From Paraspadella gotoi (lineage: Eukaryota; Animalia; Chaetognatha): 64,000 nucleotides of DNA. Every line of letters starts with the position of its first letter. The stretch's first letter is position 1. A model generated the notes under the pieces. The model was not told the origin of the DNA and searched no databases. It worked only from the letters and a program-made list of their open reading frames with translations. Location of the stretch: contig CM119265.1 of the NCBI GenBank assembly GCA_051294375.1, forward strand, positions 20,244,966-20,308,965, written 5' to 3'. The translations under genes and the position numbers were made by a program. Below, one piece after another: positions 39,475-53,221 of the stretch.

Positions 39475-42400
39475 AAAAGAAAAGATGTCCGTTCGTCCGT
39501 CTGTTGGTTCGTCAGTCCGTTCCCCATTGGCAATGAACGCCAATTACATATGAGTGGATGAAACGATTTACTTAATTTTGTGTGTGGGTAAAGTGTGTGA
39601 TTGAGCTGGAAATCAAGTTTCGATGGAATCGTCCGAGTGGAAATGAGTTTAAATAGAAAATATAAAAAATCTGTTTCACTATTTGATTATGCTTTTTATT
39701 TTTGTATTACATGTAAATACAAACTGTAATAATTAATTATTTAATCAATTAATTTATCAATTATTTAATCAATTAAATAATAATTCAATTAATTAGTTAT
39801 CTGATCATCTGCTTACCGCTAATACATTTACTATGAAAAGAAAAAATATAAAAATAAATTAATTCATTATTTAATTATTAATTCATTATTAACTAATTAA
39901 TTATCTGATCAGCTGCTTACCCCTGCAGATCCGGCATTGTTTGCTCAAACTGGTTTTTTCAATAAAAAAAATAAAAAAAAATAAAAAAAAAACTCACGGG
40001 CGAAATTTTGTTGAACGCCGGTCAAAAAGGCCTGTGTGAAGTAGAAGCCCGAAATCCAGAAGTTGATGGGCGGACCCTGATCATACCAGTCGGAGAGAAA
40101 GGTGCAACGCCGAAGCAGATCCGTGAAGTAGCCAGCCAAAGGTTTTAACGAAGGGTAGCTCTTACCCCTGCAAAGCGAAACAATTTTTAAGCAAATATAA
40201 GCCAAAGCCGTTCTGTGACTTGCGTTTTGCATTGTTATAATAGTTGATGTGATATTTATCAAAGTGATATTATGTGGGTGTTGTATTGAATTGAATATTT
40301 TTTTGCTAACCGCACTTTTTCCAAATTCAGTTTAATAAGTTAATAAGCTATGACGGCTATAAAACTCATTTAATAAAAAAATCTTACATCCAGTTTGCGG
40401 GGATGGTGCCTCTCATAAAGGAGATGAATACGCCTTCCAGCTGGGCCGACATGACCACCTGCCCTTTGATGGCTTTTCGGATGTTGACTAGAGAGGAGCG
40501 CACTTCGGAAATGAGGCGATTGAATCGTGTCATCTCTTGAACCAGCACAGTGTTCATGCTCTGAGTGTACACTGGCGTCGGGGAGAGTAATCATTACCGG
40601 TATGAAGTGTGGATTTAAAAGAGAGTGAGAGTTAGTGAGAGAGAGGGAAGCTTACCAACGGGATACTTTTTGTTTGCAAACTCTAGATTAAAATTGGGCG
40701 GGAGTCGACCGATCATGTCGTTGGCGATTTCGTCGACCATCTCATCGGAGCTTTTTCCGCCGCCTCCGCCCGTGCTTGCCTGTGAGAAAACGGGACATGA
40801 AAAAAAATATTGTAAAAAGAGAAAAGGAAAAATGGTAAGAAATCGGGAGGTGGTTTTTAGTGGGTGAGTTCCTGTAAAGTCCGGGGTAGTGTCATCACTC
40901 GGTTTTCCAAAGTCACGCTCAATTAAATTAATCGGTTCACTTATCTCTTTTGACTCTGCATAATTTTTTTACATCGCTCGACCGAAATATATATTTTAAA
41001 ACATGACTTTGGTGGATTGAGCGACCATATTTTATAATACTCCTTGAACAGCGGTTTCGTTACCCTTCTTGGGTTAATTTTACTTTCGCCCACCGGGTTT
41101 AGGGGGGTTTAGGGTTAAGGGTAGTTTAAAGGTAGTTTAGGGTTAGGGGTAAGGGGTTAAGGTTAAAATGCTTTCGGGTTAAGGTAATTAGGTAATACTT
41201 TTTTTTAATTTTTTTTTTAATAAGTGTTTTAATTGAAGTGGTTTTTCAAAAGACGCCAAAACTCCGGACCAATTTCTTTCTCGTTGCTGTTCTGGCGCTC
41301 TTCACTGTTAAGTTTCCCAAAAGTAAATGTAGTCTTTATTTCTAAAATTAAAAATTCTATTCAAATTATTTCTTCGGATCTTTAAATGTCGTAAAACCCG
41401 AACGATTTTTAAATCAGGTTAATCTTAGCATAATCGTATGCATTTGAATACCTTTTCTGCTTCTTCGACCATTGACATAATATGAGGCTTTCAAAATTTA
41501 AAATGAGAATTAAGTGACCACTGACCATCAAAGTGGGATAAAATCATTCAAACATATAAAGTGCGTAAAAAAATTTGCACTACCAAGGATACTATAGTCG
41601 AGTCAAGAGACTTGTTAATATATTTTTTACCACGCGATACTTGCAAAATATCCGTCACCAAAGGAGCATGCTAATTTAGGCTCAAGAAAAATTAAAGTTT
41701 TCTTACCCAAAACGCTTGCATCTTTTATTTGAAATGATTGACATAAAATGATTGATTAGTTGCGATGGGACATCACCATAAAAGGTGTAGGTAATCAATG
41801 CGCGATATTTGCCCTAATCTATATACTAATTAGTATTGATTTATCGATGTTTATCAAATCGAAATACTTTTAATTTGAAACAAAAAAAATCTCACGATAT
41901 TAAGGCGTCGCATTTCCCTGGCGAGTTGTTCGCGCTTTAAACAAGCAAATAAAAAAGAAAAACGAAAAGTACCGAATAGTGAAAAAAGACCCTCAAAGCC
42001 ATCATCACCTGGGTAAGAAGCAAACTTGTGAAGAGGAGCCGCGTTTCGCCCTGATCCTTGGTGATGTTGGCGTTGGCGTTCATGCCGAACACCTCGGGGT
42101 CAGCGTCGATAGGCAGAGATCGGGTGTATGTCAGGTAATCTTCGTACTGCGTGCAAAACAACCGATGCATTCATTAAATCGCACGAAAATTAACTTAGAT
42201 TTGAGAAAGAGCGAACTTACGTCTCCCTCGGGGGGCGCGTAGTAGGTTCCCGAAGGATCGAATTTATATTTCTCCTCAGACAAAATCTCAGGACAGTAAA
42301 ACTTGGAGAGGATGGTGACGATGGTTCGTCGGTCATGACCGTCGGTCACGCGACCGCCATAGTTGCACTCGCCCGTCAGGTAGGCGATCGCGGCGAAGGG

Positions 42401-45400
42401 CACGTACTGTGTTTGAGAAAGAGAGAAATGGAGAAAGAAGCGCAGGAAGACAGAAAATTAGAACTTTTTTAAAATTGACTCTTGATTTTAATAAACTAAC
42501 TTCGTATTCATTGAGGAACATCTGCAATTGAAGGACTGAAATCTTGAGGTCAGTCTCGTTGAACTCATATCTAATGTTCCAACCCAAGGGCCCAAACTTT
42601 CGTCGCTCTTGGATAATAGCGTGGAAAAAGCAAAGGCCGTAGAGTAATTTTTTCCATGCGTACTAAAAAAGGGCAAAAAAGATAAAAAAATTGTTAGTTA
42701 GGGAAATTAGAATTAATCTAAGCAGAAGACGGGTAAACTTGGACAGCAGCAAGTTGTGGAAGTCGATGTGCTGTTTGACTATCAGTTGATTTCGCTTCTT
42801 ACAGATAAGGCATAGTAAACAAGTATTTCAACATAGAATAAAGTGTAAAACTCATTTGTTTTTTTAAGTTCAAAAGAAAAACATCGCCAGGGGGATTTGA
42901 GAATATCGTGTCACAGTCTCACAGAAACGCTCACAGATGAAACAAAAGACAAATTCGTAATTTCGGAAAACTGTTTCTATCGCACAAAAACAGACAACAA
43001 ATAGTTGTGAAGGTTTCGTTTAAGCTATTATCGTGAGGCGATAACAGTGAGCCTGTGAAAAGCATCTCTCTCTACCTTTTTCAGTCGCTGTGCCATATCG
43101 ATTTTACTATCACTTCTAGCCCCAGGCTAAAAACGAGAGAAGATAAGATTTTTAACCAGATGACGACAAGGATGTAGAAAGAGAGAAGATAAAGATTAAA
43201 CACCTTCGGCAAAAATAACAATTATTACCTGATTCTGCGTTCCTTCGAAAAATTCTAAATCTGAAATTGGGTCCATGAGATAGGAGCCGATGATGTTGGC
43301 TCTGAGTCCCTTGGGCGGCTCGTTTGTCATCTTGACGGCGTTCTGCAGGATAGCCACCGGGAATTTCTCGCTGGGATACGAGGTCAACCACAACCGAAAG
43401 TCGGGGTGGACAGATTCGGGGGTGAAGGCCTGAGCGAAAAACGGCGAAAACGGGGAAAAAATGATTAAACACAGATACATTGACAATTTTAAGTAAGTCG
43501 CACTCACCTCGCAAACCCTTTCAAGAGTGGGCATCCAAGAAGGCGCCAAGTGACAATTTTGCAGGAGAACCCAAGTTCCCTGCTTCATGCCCTCATCCAT
43601 CAATCCCATGGCGATGGGCCCTTGACCCTGACCCAGGGAAAGGGAGTTAAGACGTGAGCCGCTGAAGCCTTTGTCGTCGCCGAATTTGAGCAAGGCCGCC
43701 GTCGGGTCGGACCCCGGCGACAAGACGAAGAGCAACGGGATGGTGCAGTTGGAATCGTCATACGACTTGACCAGATCGAAAGGCGGAGGCTCAACGAACT
43801 TCTTGCCCATTGTTGTGATGACCCAATTCTGCGAAGACGAAGAACAGCAAGGAAATTAATTGTTAGGTTTAATTCGCAATCCATCGGGCCGAATTGACAT
43901 CCAACCTGGAGGGCTGGTTGGCAACGATCTTGCCGGATGCACCGGAGAACGAGTAGCCGATCGAAGTTATTCAGCTTTTCGTATTCCTTCGGCAGACTTG
44001 AGAAATCCTCGGGTTTCGCGCTGTCGTACATTGCTTTCCAGGACGCTTTTAGCTTGCCGAACGACTCTCTGCAGAAGAGACCAAGAGTAAAATAAAAGTC
44101 TCTCTCTTTCTCTGTCTTTTCTCTCTCTCGCCTGATGCCATGGAAGGTTTTTAACTCGTCGAGTCGACATATTTCGTCCCATGAGGCTTTGGGGAACCAG
44201 TCGTCCGCGGGATTTTTGTGGGGATTGTCCATCCCGACGCCGCCCGTTAAGAGGAACATCCAATGGGATTCGTTCAGCAACCCGTTGTGTTTCTGAAAGT
44301 TTTGAAATGGGTTGAAGAAAAGACGTGGTTGCCAGTCGATCAGCACTTTCAACCATACATCGTTTGAAAATTAAAAATACCTGAATCTTGACGCAGAGGA
44401 GCACGGAAAAGAGGAGTTTGTCCTTTTCGAACAAGGAGCGGCAGATGTTAGTGTAGAGGAAATACGTGAAGTATTCGCGCAAAATTTCCAGTCGTTCTTC
44501 GACGGTGTCCGCGCGCTCGGAGTTTTCGATTCCCATAATGAAGAGATTTATGAACCACGCTGCGATTTGTAAAACAATCGGTCAAAGAAAATCTAGAAAA
44601 GGTTCGTATAAATTGTTAAATTCTAGCTCGCAGACTTTGTTCTTAAATATCCAAGCTCCAAAGTTAAATGGCAATCATTACATTTTTTTAATGGGTGCCT
44701 TATTTACGAGACTTACTCAACGAGTATTGGTACATGGGGTCGATGTTGGCGATGTCAGCGATGACGAAGAAGAGGATGGATGAGTGTTCGGCGATCGGGA
44801 CGTAACCCATTCGCGTCTCGTCGATTAACTTCTCCGTCGCCTCCGCGATCACTTGTTTCTCGGCGATCTCGTTGGACAAGACTTTCGAGGAGGATAGTAC
44901 CTGAAGATGAACAAGATTTACGGTGATTGTAACCCCAGAATCGGAGTTGGCGAGTCACAGTTCACTGTGATTATACTAACCGTGACGGCGTTTTCGTCCT
45001 CCAGGATGTTGCCCTGAGACGAGGATAAAATCTCTAAGATTTGATTCTCGATCTCCTTTAGTTTGCGGTTGTTGTCGGCCGACTGGATAATCAACGTGTT
45101 TTTTTCTTCCTCCAGCTCTGGCCGCTCCTTCGCCACCACAATACCCAGCAGCTGATCTTGAAGACCCTCTTGGGTGATCATGAAGTTAAGCAGCGTCACC
45201 TGACGACGAGTGGTGAATCAGTAAAAGAAAAAGAATTCTCACTAATTCCGTAGTTCCGACTTAAGACTGACCTTAACGGCGACTTCGGGCAGGTAGTGGG
45301 GGTTCCTCAGCTTGGTAGTGATGTATAACTTAAAGTCCATGTTGTAGTCAATGATGTTCTCGCCCAATTTTAGTACCAGGGCTCCGCCTTGTTTGTAAGT

Positions 45401-48400
45401 CTGCTTCAGCAAAACCGACTCTAGGATAGGATCCAATTCTTCCATGACGTTTTCTAACAAAACCGGAATTCCGAATGCCACACTGTTCTCCAAAGTCCGT
45501 ACAAAATCTGTGTGAGATAATGGAATCTCAATTGTTCGAAAATTGACAAATAATTTCTCTCCCCTTCAAAGTGACTGACCCGGATCGACCAACTTAACAC
45601 AGTTGAGCTTGTTCTTTTTCTCCATGTTCTTGACCCACTTGTTGGCCTGACCCTGAGGGTCGATCATGAGCGGCCAACGGCGGGCATTGAACAACATGAT
45701 CGCGTTCTCAACCGAGAAGTTGTCGGTCGGAAGTCCTGCAATATTCCATGAGCGAATTTTCACGGAATCTCCCAGGATGTGGACGAGGGAAAACTGTTCC
45801 GAGCATGGAATCTCCAGCGATTTGACCTTTTGACCGGAAAAAGATGAGAAAATTAAATAAAAGTGAAACAGCCGTCAAATAAAGCCAAGATATAGCAGTT
45901 TTTCTCACCAACTCTTGCCACGAAACGGTCTGCTCCGCTCTGTAAGAGGCGGTAAAAACGCCCTGGTAGGCGACACAGGCGGAAGCGATTAAAATGTCTC
46001 CCGTCAGATCGCGATACTGCTCGCCGAGGTTGAACGCCGACGCCTTCCATCTGTGCTTTTCGCCGCCCAAGCCACCAATCAGCTGTTCGGCTCTGAGAAG
46101 AGAGATTGAAAAAGAGAAAAAAGAGACGAGAGAGGAAACACGGTGATGATCTCCATTCGAATTTCATCCACCCCGACGCACCTGGTTAGCTTGAGCTCTG
46201 TCATTTGCACTTCGGCCTCGAGCCTTTTCTTTTTATTGATCGTTTGGGTGAAGTCGTTCTGAAGATTCTCCAGCTTCTTCTCGACAGTGGCCAGCATCGC
46301 TCGCTTCTCGTTGAGCGAATCCATCGCCATCTTCAATTCTCCCTCGGCCTTCTTCAAGGCCGCCTTCTTGGGAGCTACCACTTTGGCCACTCTGGAAAGT
46401 TAGGTGGTTGGGTGAGGAAACGAAAAAGGAAGGAAAGAAATGAAGAAGAAACAAAAAAAAAAGAACAAGAAAAAAAAAGAAGACTTACACGTCGTATTTG
46501 TCAATGGCCAGGATCCACAAACAAAGCCCCTTTGCGGCCTCTGAGGCGTTCTTCACTTTGGCGGGATCAAAGTCGGGGTTCGTGATGTAGACTTTGCGAA
46601 TTCTATCCATGATCTTCGGGTCAATGTTGTCTTTGTCATATTCCTTCAGCTTCTTCAAAAAGTCCGTGTCCGCGGTCATCTTCTGCGAGGCGGGCCAATA
46701 GTCGTCAATCATCTTGCCGGAGCCCCCGGGATCCTTGACTCGCTCGGGCTTGATACCGCGCATCACGCAGACCGCCTCCATCACCAGCCGCACTCCGCCG
46801 GGCGGCTTTTTCATCGCCTTCACTTGAGCCACGTCTCCGGCTAAAAGCAGAAAAAAAATCGAGATGTTCACAAACTGAGGAACTACCAGGTTCTTGGCTT
46901 TTGGCTTTTTCCTTCTTCCTTCCCCCTCCGCGCACCAGTAAGGGTGTCGAGAGCCTTGAGCGCCTCTTGAAGAATGGGCATGGCCTCGGCCAAGTCGTGG
47001 TTGCATTCGTCGGCCATGGCCTTGGCGACGCCGGCCTGCTGCTCCGCCACTGCCTCGTCAGCCTTGACGACGTCCTGCACGGCGGCCACTTCCCCCTTTT
47101 CCCTCTCGATCACCAACATGAACCTAAGAGCGAAAAAAAAGAAGAAAAGCTGAATTCGTGTGAAACATCGTTTACCTCGAGGGTTTTATTGAGAAACTCA
47201 CGCGTCAGTCTCTTTGGAGGCAGCGATGAGCTGGGGCTGTAGAGCGACCAGCTCTTTCTGCATCAGCGCCACCTGCCCCGCAGCGCTGTCCAATTTCTCG
47301 AGACCGACTTCGTAGCGCCGCTTTTGCGCGATCGTCGAGTCTCGTTTCTCTTGCAGCAGGGACCTAAAAATTATCAAAATAATTTTCTTAATTTCAAAAA
47401 CGCGAAACAAAAAAACAAAAAAAAAAAACAAAACAAAACAAACAAAAAAAAACCTGTAGGAAGCGATAAGTTCGAGGTAGGAAGTGGGAGTGACGTAGTT
47501 GAATCTGCGCAACTCGTTGAGGAATCGCGCGGTCATGTGCTCCGTACTGACGTGGAATGCTTGGCACGCAATGATGCACCCTTCGCGAACGTGGTTGTCC
47601 ATGGCCAGGTCGCGGAGGAATCGAGTTGCCACAGCCTGGATAGGAAAGATGTTTGAGGGGCAGAAGATCATGGCAACAGAAATCTGTATGAAAGATGTTC
47701 AAATGAAAATAAATAAAAATATAAATTTCAGGTGAACCTCTAGGGCGTCCTCTGGCCATTTCTGGAACCAATCAATGGTGCAACAATTGACGAGCGAAGG
47801 GAACTTGCGGAGTCGATTTCGGAATGCGTCGCCGATGGGGCTCATCGCCAGGACGACGTGGACTTGATTGCGGACACGGTTGACGAAGAAGTTGAAGAGC
47901 GCGGGGGGAGATCCGTCCGTTTGACGGGACTTGTCGCGCATCCTGGCAAACAAAGAAGTAATGAAAGAAAATAAATAAAAGAAAATATTTTCATTAAAAT
48001 TTGACTTTAATGTTCTGGGTTTTTAAGGTTTACGTTTTTTGGCAATACTCAGTAAATTCAAGGTTGCAACCATTACATTAGAAAAAGTGCAATATCAAAT
48101 CTACACTACGATCTACATCATTCCTGCACTGCACAATATTACCACCAACTGTTAAAGGAGGGATAATTAATTAGTTAATAATTATAATAGCAGACTCGGA
48201 TCACAACTCCCCATGCAACTGAAGTCAAGACGATAATCACTTACCCATCTTCCCTCTCTCGCCTACGAAAAACAACAACATCGACTCGCTTTTAAAATTC
48301 GATTAAAGGAGCTACTTTAGTGAAAATTATGAAGAGAAAAGAATTGCTTTTTATCGAGCCAGGACAGGCTTCGCCTGGTCCTGGCTCTATAATGTTTTAG

Positions 48401-51400
48401 GATTGCTTCTTTGTGACGTAGTCGTCGTCGTCGTCGTCGTCGTCGTCCGTCACGCTGTTTTCATATATAAAATCTACTACGCTTTTATAGGTTTGGCTGT
48501 GACTTACCGTTTTTTTTAAAATAAAAATTATTATGAATTATGATAAAGTTTTACAAAAGTGTGCGATCATAGTAAGTTAAAAATTTAGATATGGCTTTTC
48601 ATCTTAAAATAGCTGTGATATTTTCATATTACATTTGGATTTAAGTATTTTTTGTTTGAATTTCCACTTCATTATGATTTACTGCAATATGCAAATTAGA
48701 TTATAGTAATTTTCTTTGATAGTAAAAACTGGCGAGATCACTATACTTTTAAGATTTTTTTTATGGCTACTTTTACCAACAAGAGAGTCCGAGAACTTAC
48801 TTGTCGAGGACCCTCATCTTTTCGCAGATTTCCGCCTTTTCGTCGCTAGGGTACAAATTGGGAACTTCTCCGGCGTTCAACAAGTTGTTGATGTCCTCTA
48901 GGAACGATTCGTCTTTTATCTGCGTTAAAACATAGAGGTGAATTGCAAATCTCGAGCATTTATTTTTTTCTATACGACGAACTGAAATTAAAAATATGAC
49001 AATTTTAAAATGAAAGACCTGCGTGTCAGTGAAGAGAAAGACGCCGTGAGTTTCGCCTTCGGTTGATTTTCGCAAGATTCGCTTCAAGTCTTCTCTCCAT
49101 TCGTTTGGCGTGTAATTCTATTAAGTGAATTGTCAGAATAAAGTTAATAAAAGTGAATATGTGAATAACTTTTATAAACCGCTTTTCATGAAAAAAAAAT
49201 CTTAAAAATTTATATATTCTATCATCTAAGTCATCTAAGCCTCAGTTGGCTGCAGTCCGTGGTCGCAGCATACGGAAGATCCAACCGTATTATTATTAAT
49301 CCTTAAAACGTTAACTAAGTCGTTTTGCTGTCTTTTATTTTAACAACCAAATAACCTTGTTTTAATTAAATTGTACATGTTAAACAGTCATACAGCTTTC
49401 TAAATTGAGTTCTTTTAAGTTGAATCTTCGTTTAAAAGCTTAATGTAAATTATTTTTCTGGTCTGGTTACGAACTTTTTCAACCAGTTTGTTTTAATTGA
49501 GGAAATTAAAGGCTTGTTATCCGAATCGGGCCATTTATCCAGTTCTTCTGGATCAAATTAATTAAAAATACCAACAAGGCTAACATTTAACGAGTTTTAT
49601 TTGGTCAGCACTCCCCAACAACAGTGGCTTTACTATTTTTACTTTTACTTTTAATCATTTAACAATAGCCAAAATGCTCAACAATTATTTTTTGTGTTGT
49701 GTTGTGTTAGAAGCTCTTGCTGTCTCGGTTCTAAAAGCGACGACCACCAAAAAACACGTCATATTCATCGTTGCGGACGACCTGGGTTGGAATGACGTGG
49801 GGTTTCATGGCTCTGAATTTCCTACACCAAATTTGGACGCATTAGCGTCTTCCGGGGTCATTCTCGGAAACTACTATGTTTCCCCAATCTGCACGCCGTC
49901 AAGGAGCGAGATGCTTACTGGAAAATACGCCATTCACACGGGTAAGACCTAGGGCAAGAGGGAATCAACTTTCAACTAAAAGTTTGTTTGACAATAAGAA
50001 ATATGTTAACAGGCATGCAACACAACGTCATAGAAGCATCGGGGCCTTGGGGCCTCGGTCTGAACGAGCGATTGCTGCCGGAGTATTTGAAATCTGCTGG
50101 ATACGATACCCACCTGATCGGTAAATGGCACCTGGGCTACTTTCGATCAGAATACACTCCCACTTTTCGAGGATTCGACTCACATTTTGGGTATTGGACT
50201 GGAAAAGAGGATTATTGGAGCCACGCGACTGACTCTCATGGAATGAGCGGAATAGACTACCGCGACGGTATAGATCCCGTCTCTAATGAGTCGGGCGTTT
50301 ACTCCACGAGTGCCTTCACCCAACGCGCTGTTCACATCATCCGCCACCACGCAATCCGCCGACGCGGTGTTCCCCTCTACCTTCAAGTGGCCCACCAAGC
50401 AACACATTCGGGTAACGCCGATGCACCTCTGGAGGCACCTGCCAAATACGTGGAAAGTGCTCAACGCCTGCCCGGCATTTCATCTTACGCCCGTCAAATG
50501 TTTGCCGCTATGGCAATGGCTCTCGATGACTCTGTTGGACGGATTGTGGCCGAACTGCGGCGCGCCAACATGCTGCAAGATTCTATCATCGTCTTCACAA
50601 CGGATAACGGGGGCCCCGCGGCCGGCTTCGACCTAAACATGGCCTGCAACTGGCCACTCCGAGGCGTCAAGCACACTCTGTGGGAGGGGGGCGTCCGGGG
50701 AACTGCATTTGTTTGGTCGACGGCATTGAAAAACCCGGGGCGAGTGTCGGAGACTCTTATCCACGCCGTCGACTGGTTGCCGACGCTCATCGAGGCCGTC
50801 GGGGTGACCGTAGAAAAGCCAAAGCTGCTTGACGGGATCGATCTGTGGAAAAGTATAGCACAATCGCAGGAAAACTGGGATGCGGAGAGCGAAAGGAGGA
50901 CAGTGTTGCATAACATCGATGACCTCGAAGGCTTCTACGCATACAGAAGCGGGGATTACAAGTTGCTCTTTTTTCAGCCCGGATCAAGGATGGAAATGTG
51001 GAATGGGTGGTACGCGCCAGGGGAGGTCAATACATTCGGTCTCGCTTCGTTGAATACGAATGCATCAGACATGTTTTTCGCGCGGAGGCCTCTCGGGCCG
51101 TCAACGATCGCGAGCGCCCGAGGCTCATACAGGACCACAACCCTTGCCGTCGAGAAAGCCGTCGCCGAGGCGTTTCCTGATCGAAGCTTCGAGCGCATCA
51201 TGCATCGAGTAGAATGCGGTTCTCGACCCACCAACGCCACCCGTCGCTGCTCGCCCATCGACGCTCCATGCCTATTTAACGTGCGAACGGACCCGTGTGA
51301 GTATCGCAACATCGCCCAGTCTGAACCGGCAGTCGTTCGTCTCCTTGCCGACAAGGTGGCGGAGTTGAGAAGAACGGCGGTCAAACCGAGAAACAGACCT

Positions 51401-52781
51401 TTTGACCCAGAGGCAGACCCGAAGTTGCACGGGGGATTTTGGTCTTCATGGAAAGATGGTAACCAGTGAACAAAAAAAACAGAAGGCTTCATTTTTGAAA
51501 ATGATACGCTATATCAACGGGGAGACATGTACAGAACCGATTCTCGGATCGAAAAACAGGCGTATCATTTTCTAATATGAAGCCTTCTGATTTTGCCCGG
51601 GGTATTTTGAATTCGCTGCATTCAGTTTTTTGTGTTTTTTTTTGTGTAATTTTTTGACATAACTACAGTCGCCTAACTGTTTATTATGATCAAACACGCT
51701 TTTAACTAGGAAACCTTTGTAATTTCGACGCAGTGCAGCTCGTAATCAGCCATGAAAGTAGCGAGTCTGGTCAGGGATTGTCGTCCCGAGCCTCCGACGC
51801 CCACGAGTAGGGCGTGGCTCTGGCGTTGATTTATTACGCGGCTGATACGAGACGCATGCTCGATAGCGAATCTGGGGAAAGATGTTTTTAATATATATAT
51901 ATATATATTAATTGATGAAAAGTTGAATTATCCGATAGTAGAACTAAATTCTTACCTAAACAATACGAGATTCATCGGCTTCTTGCTCATTTGATTAAAC
52001 TCGTCCATGAAAGCTTCGGTGACTTTCCGAAGGTTTTCCAAGTCGTGGACTTCTCTGTACTGACTCTTCGTCGGGTCGGAAAAGTTACAGAAGATGCAGG
52101 ATCTGGGCGAAGAGTCCAATAATAATTGTGAAATCGTTTGTAAAAGTTTGGGGTTTTTTATCAATGGTCGCGAAGAAATTTTTAAAGAACTACCCTTTTA
52201 TAATATTCGGAAACTGTATAATTGTTATAATTAATTGTTATACCTCATGTCGGTTTCATCGATGCTTCCTTTTTTGGCGACGTCAAGATGCTTGAAAACT
52301 TCCTCGAAGTCTTCGGCGAAGCATCTGGCGAACACCATTTTAATGGCGCCCATGAACCACTTCTGATCCGTATTGTCAATCAATCGATCGTAGTAAACTC
52401 TATGAGAAAACCAATTGAAGTATGGGCAGGCTTTAGTTTAGATGGTAAACAAAATTCTTAATAAGTGCTCGGTATAATTTAGAATTATATTATTTATTTA
52501 TTAGTATATTGTTAATAAATCTAAATAAGTTATAAGTTGTAATAAAAAATTCCTAACCTGAACGCTTCGTGAACCCAGAGGCGTTGCATGATGATTGGCT
52601 CCTTACAGACGTCGGGAATAACGAGAGTGCAGCCTTGAACGACGCGAGCAAAGTCTCGAAGGTTAAAGAGATAATGACTCTTGGCCGGGGTAGGCAGCAG
52701 CGACTCCATGGCAGCCTTAAACATGTCCAGCGTCGCTCGCGGGATTTGCCTCGTTAGTGATTGGAAACTCTTCGGAAATTC
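38272..52781 (-). CDS. DNAH7: Axonemal dynein heavy chain, single-headed inner-arm type (DNAH7-like); partial, 5' exons lie beyond the window
   Basis: About 30 exons from [17 protein letters not shown] (AAA3 lid) through [14 protein letters not shown] (AAA4 P-loop), [34 protein letters not shown], the stalk ([15 protein letters not shown]), [19 protein letters not shown]6 ([25 protein letters not shown]), [11 protein letters not shown], to [31 protein letters not shown]-stop (38272). DNAH7 preferred over DNAH3/12 from recalled sequence only. Confidence 0.93.
39350..39958 (+). mobile_element. Helentron/DINE-1-like element, apparently complete
   Basis: 5' TTTAGCCGGATCTGC, GTCC microsatellite, core repeat, 3' GCAGATCCGGCATTGTTTGCTCAAACTGG followed by a T-run. 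Confidence 0.65.
48351..48707 (-). mobile_element. Inverted copy of the 35225-35578 repeat
   Basis: Reverse-complement match including (GTC)n and the hairpin end. Confidence 0.65.
49674..51469 (+). CDS. Arylsulfatase B/I/J-like secreted or lysosomal sulfatase, nested antisense in a dynein intron
   Basis: Exons 49674-49941 and 50013-51469 (71-bp GT-AG intron). Signal peptide, [16 protein letters not shown], formylglycine motif [50 protein letters not shown]. Lies inside dynein intron 49118-51714. Confidence 0.93.
51480..51589. mobile_element. 110-bp MITE-like hairpin just after the sulfatase stop codon
   Basis: CAGAAGGCTTCATTTTTGAAAATGATACGC .. GCGTATCATTTTCTAATATGAAGCCTTCTG; same termini as 45-580. 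Confidence 0.65.
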
Positions 52782-53221
52782 CTGAACCGATAAAATGAAC
52801 CTTTTTTTGTTTGTTCAAGGTTTAAAATTATAATATAGTAATATGAAATTGGTATAACCAATATAAAAATTATCCATTCATTTAATAAATAAGCTATCTT
52901 GCCCCTAACTTTGGACAGGCTTTGGTGGTTTAAGGCCTCCATCATTCTTACAAGATAATGACATAGCAGGTCCTTACAAGCTTTCAATCAAGACTTTCTC
53001 ACAGTCTCGTTTATTCACTCCCAGAGTACCTGGCTTCCCTATCAATGAACTGGTATAATGTTGCAAAGAATGCTTCAATTGTATGAAAAGTCCACTCCCT
53101 TATTAGACATCATACATCTTAGATAAGTGACTAAAATCAATATTAGAGGAAAAAAGGACCATGTTCCTTTATATATAGGATCTTAAAAATACAAATAGAA
53201 ATAATCCAGAGCCGTCTCTGT

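Noticed and set aside
41095-41190. GGGTTA-like telomeric-looking repeats
   Set aside because: Short, degenerate and interstitial; typical of transposon interiors.
50180-51492. Antisense and alternate-frame ORFs over the sulfatase
   Set aside because: Shadows of GC-rich coding sequence.
52860-53140. GC-richer patch upstream of the first visible dynein exon
   Set aside because: No frame gives dynein motifs or a convincing ORF.
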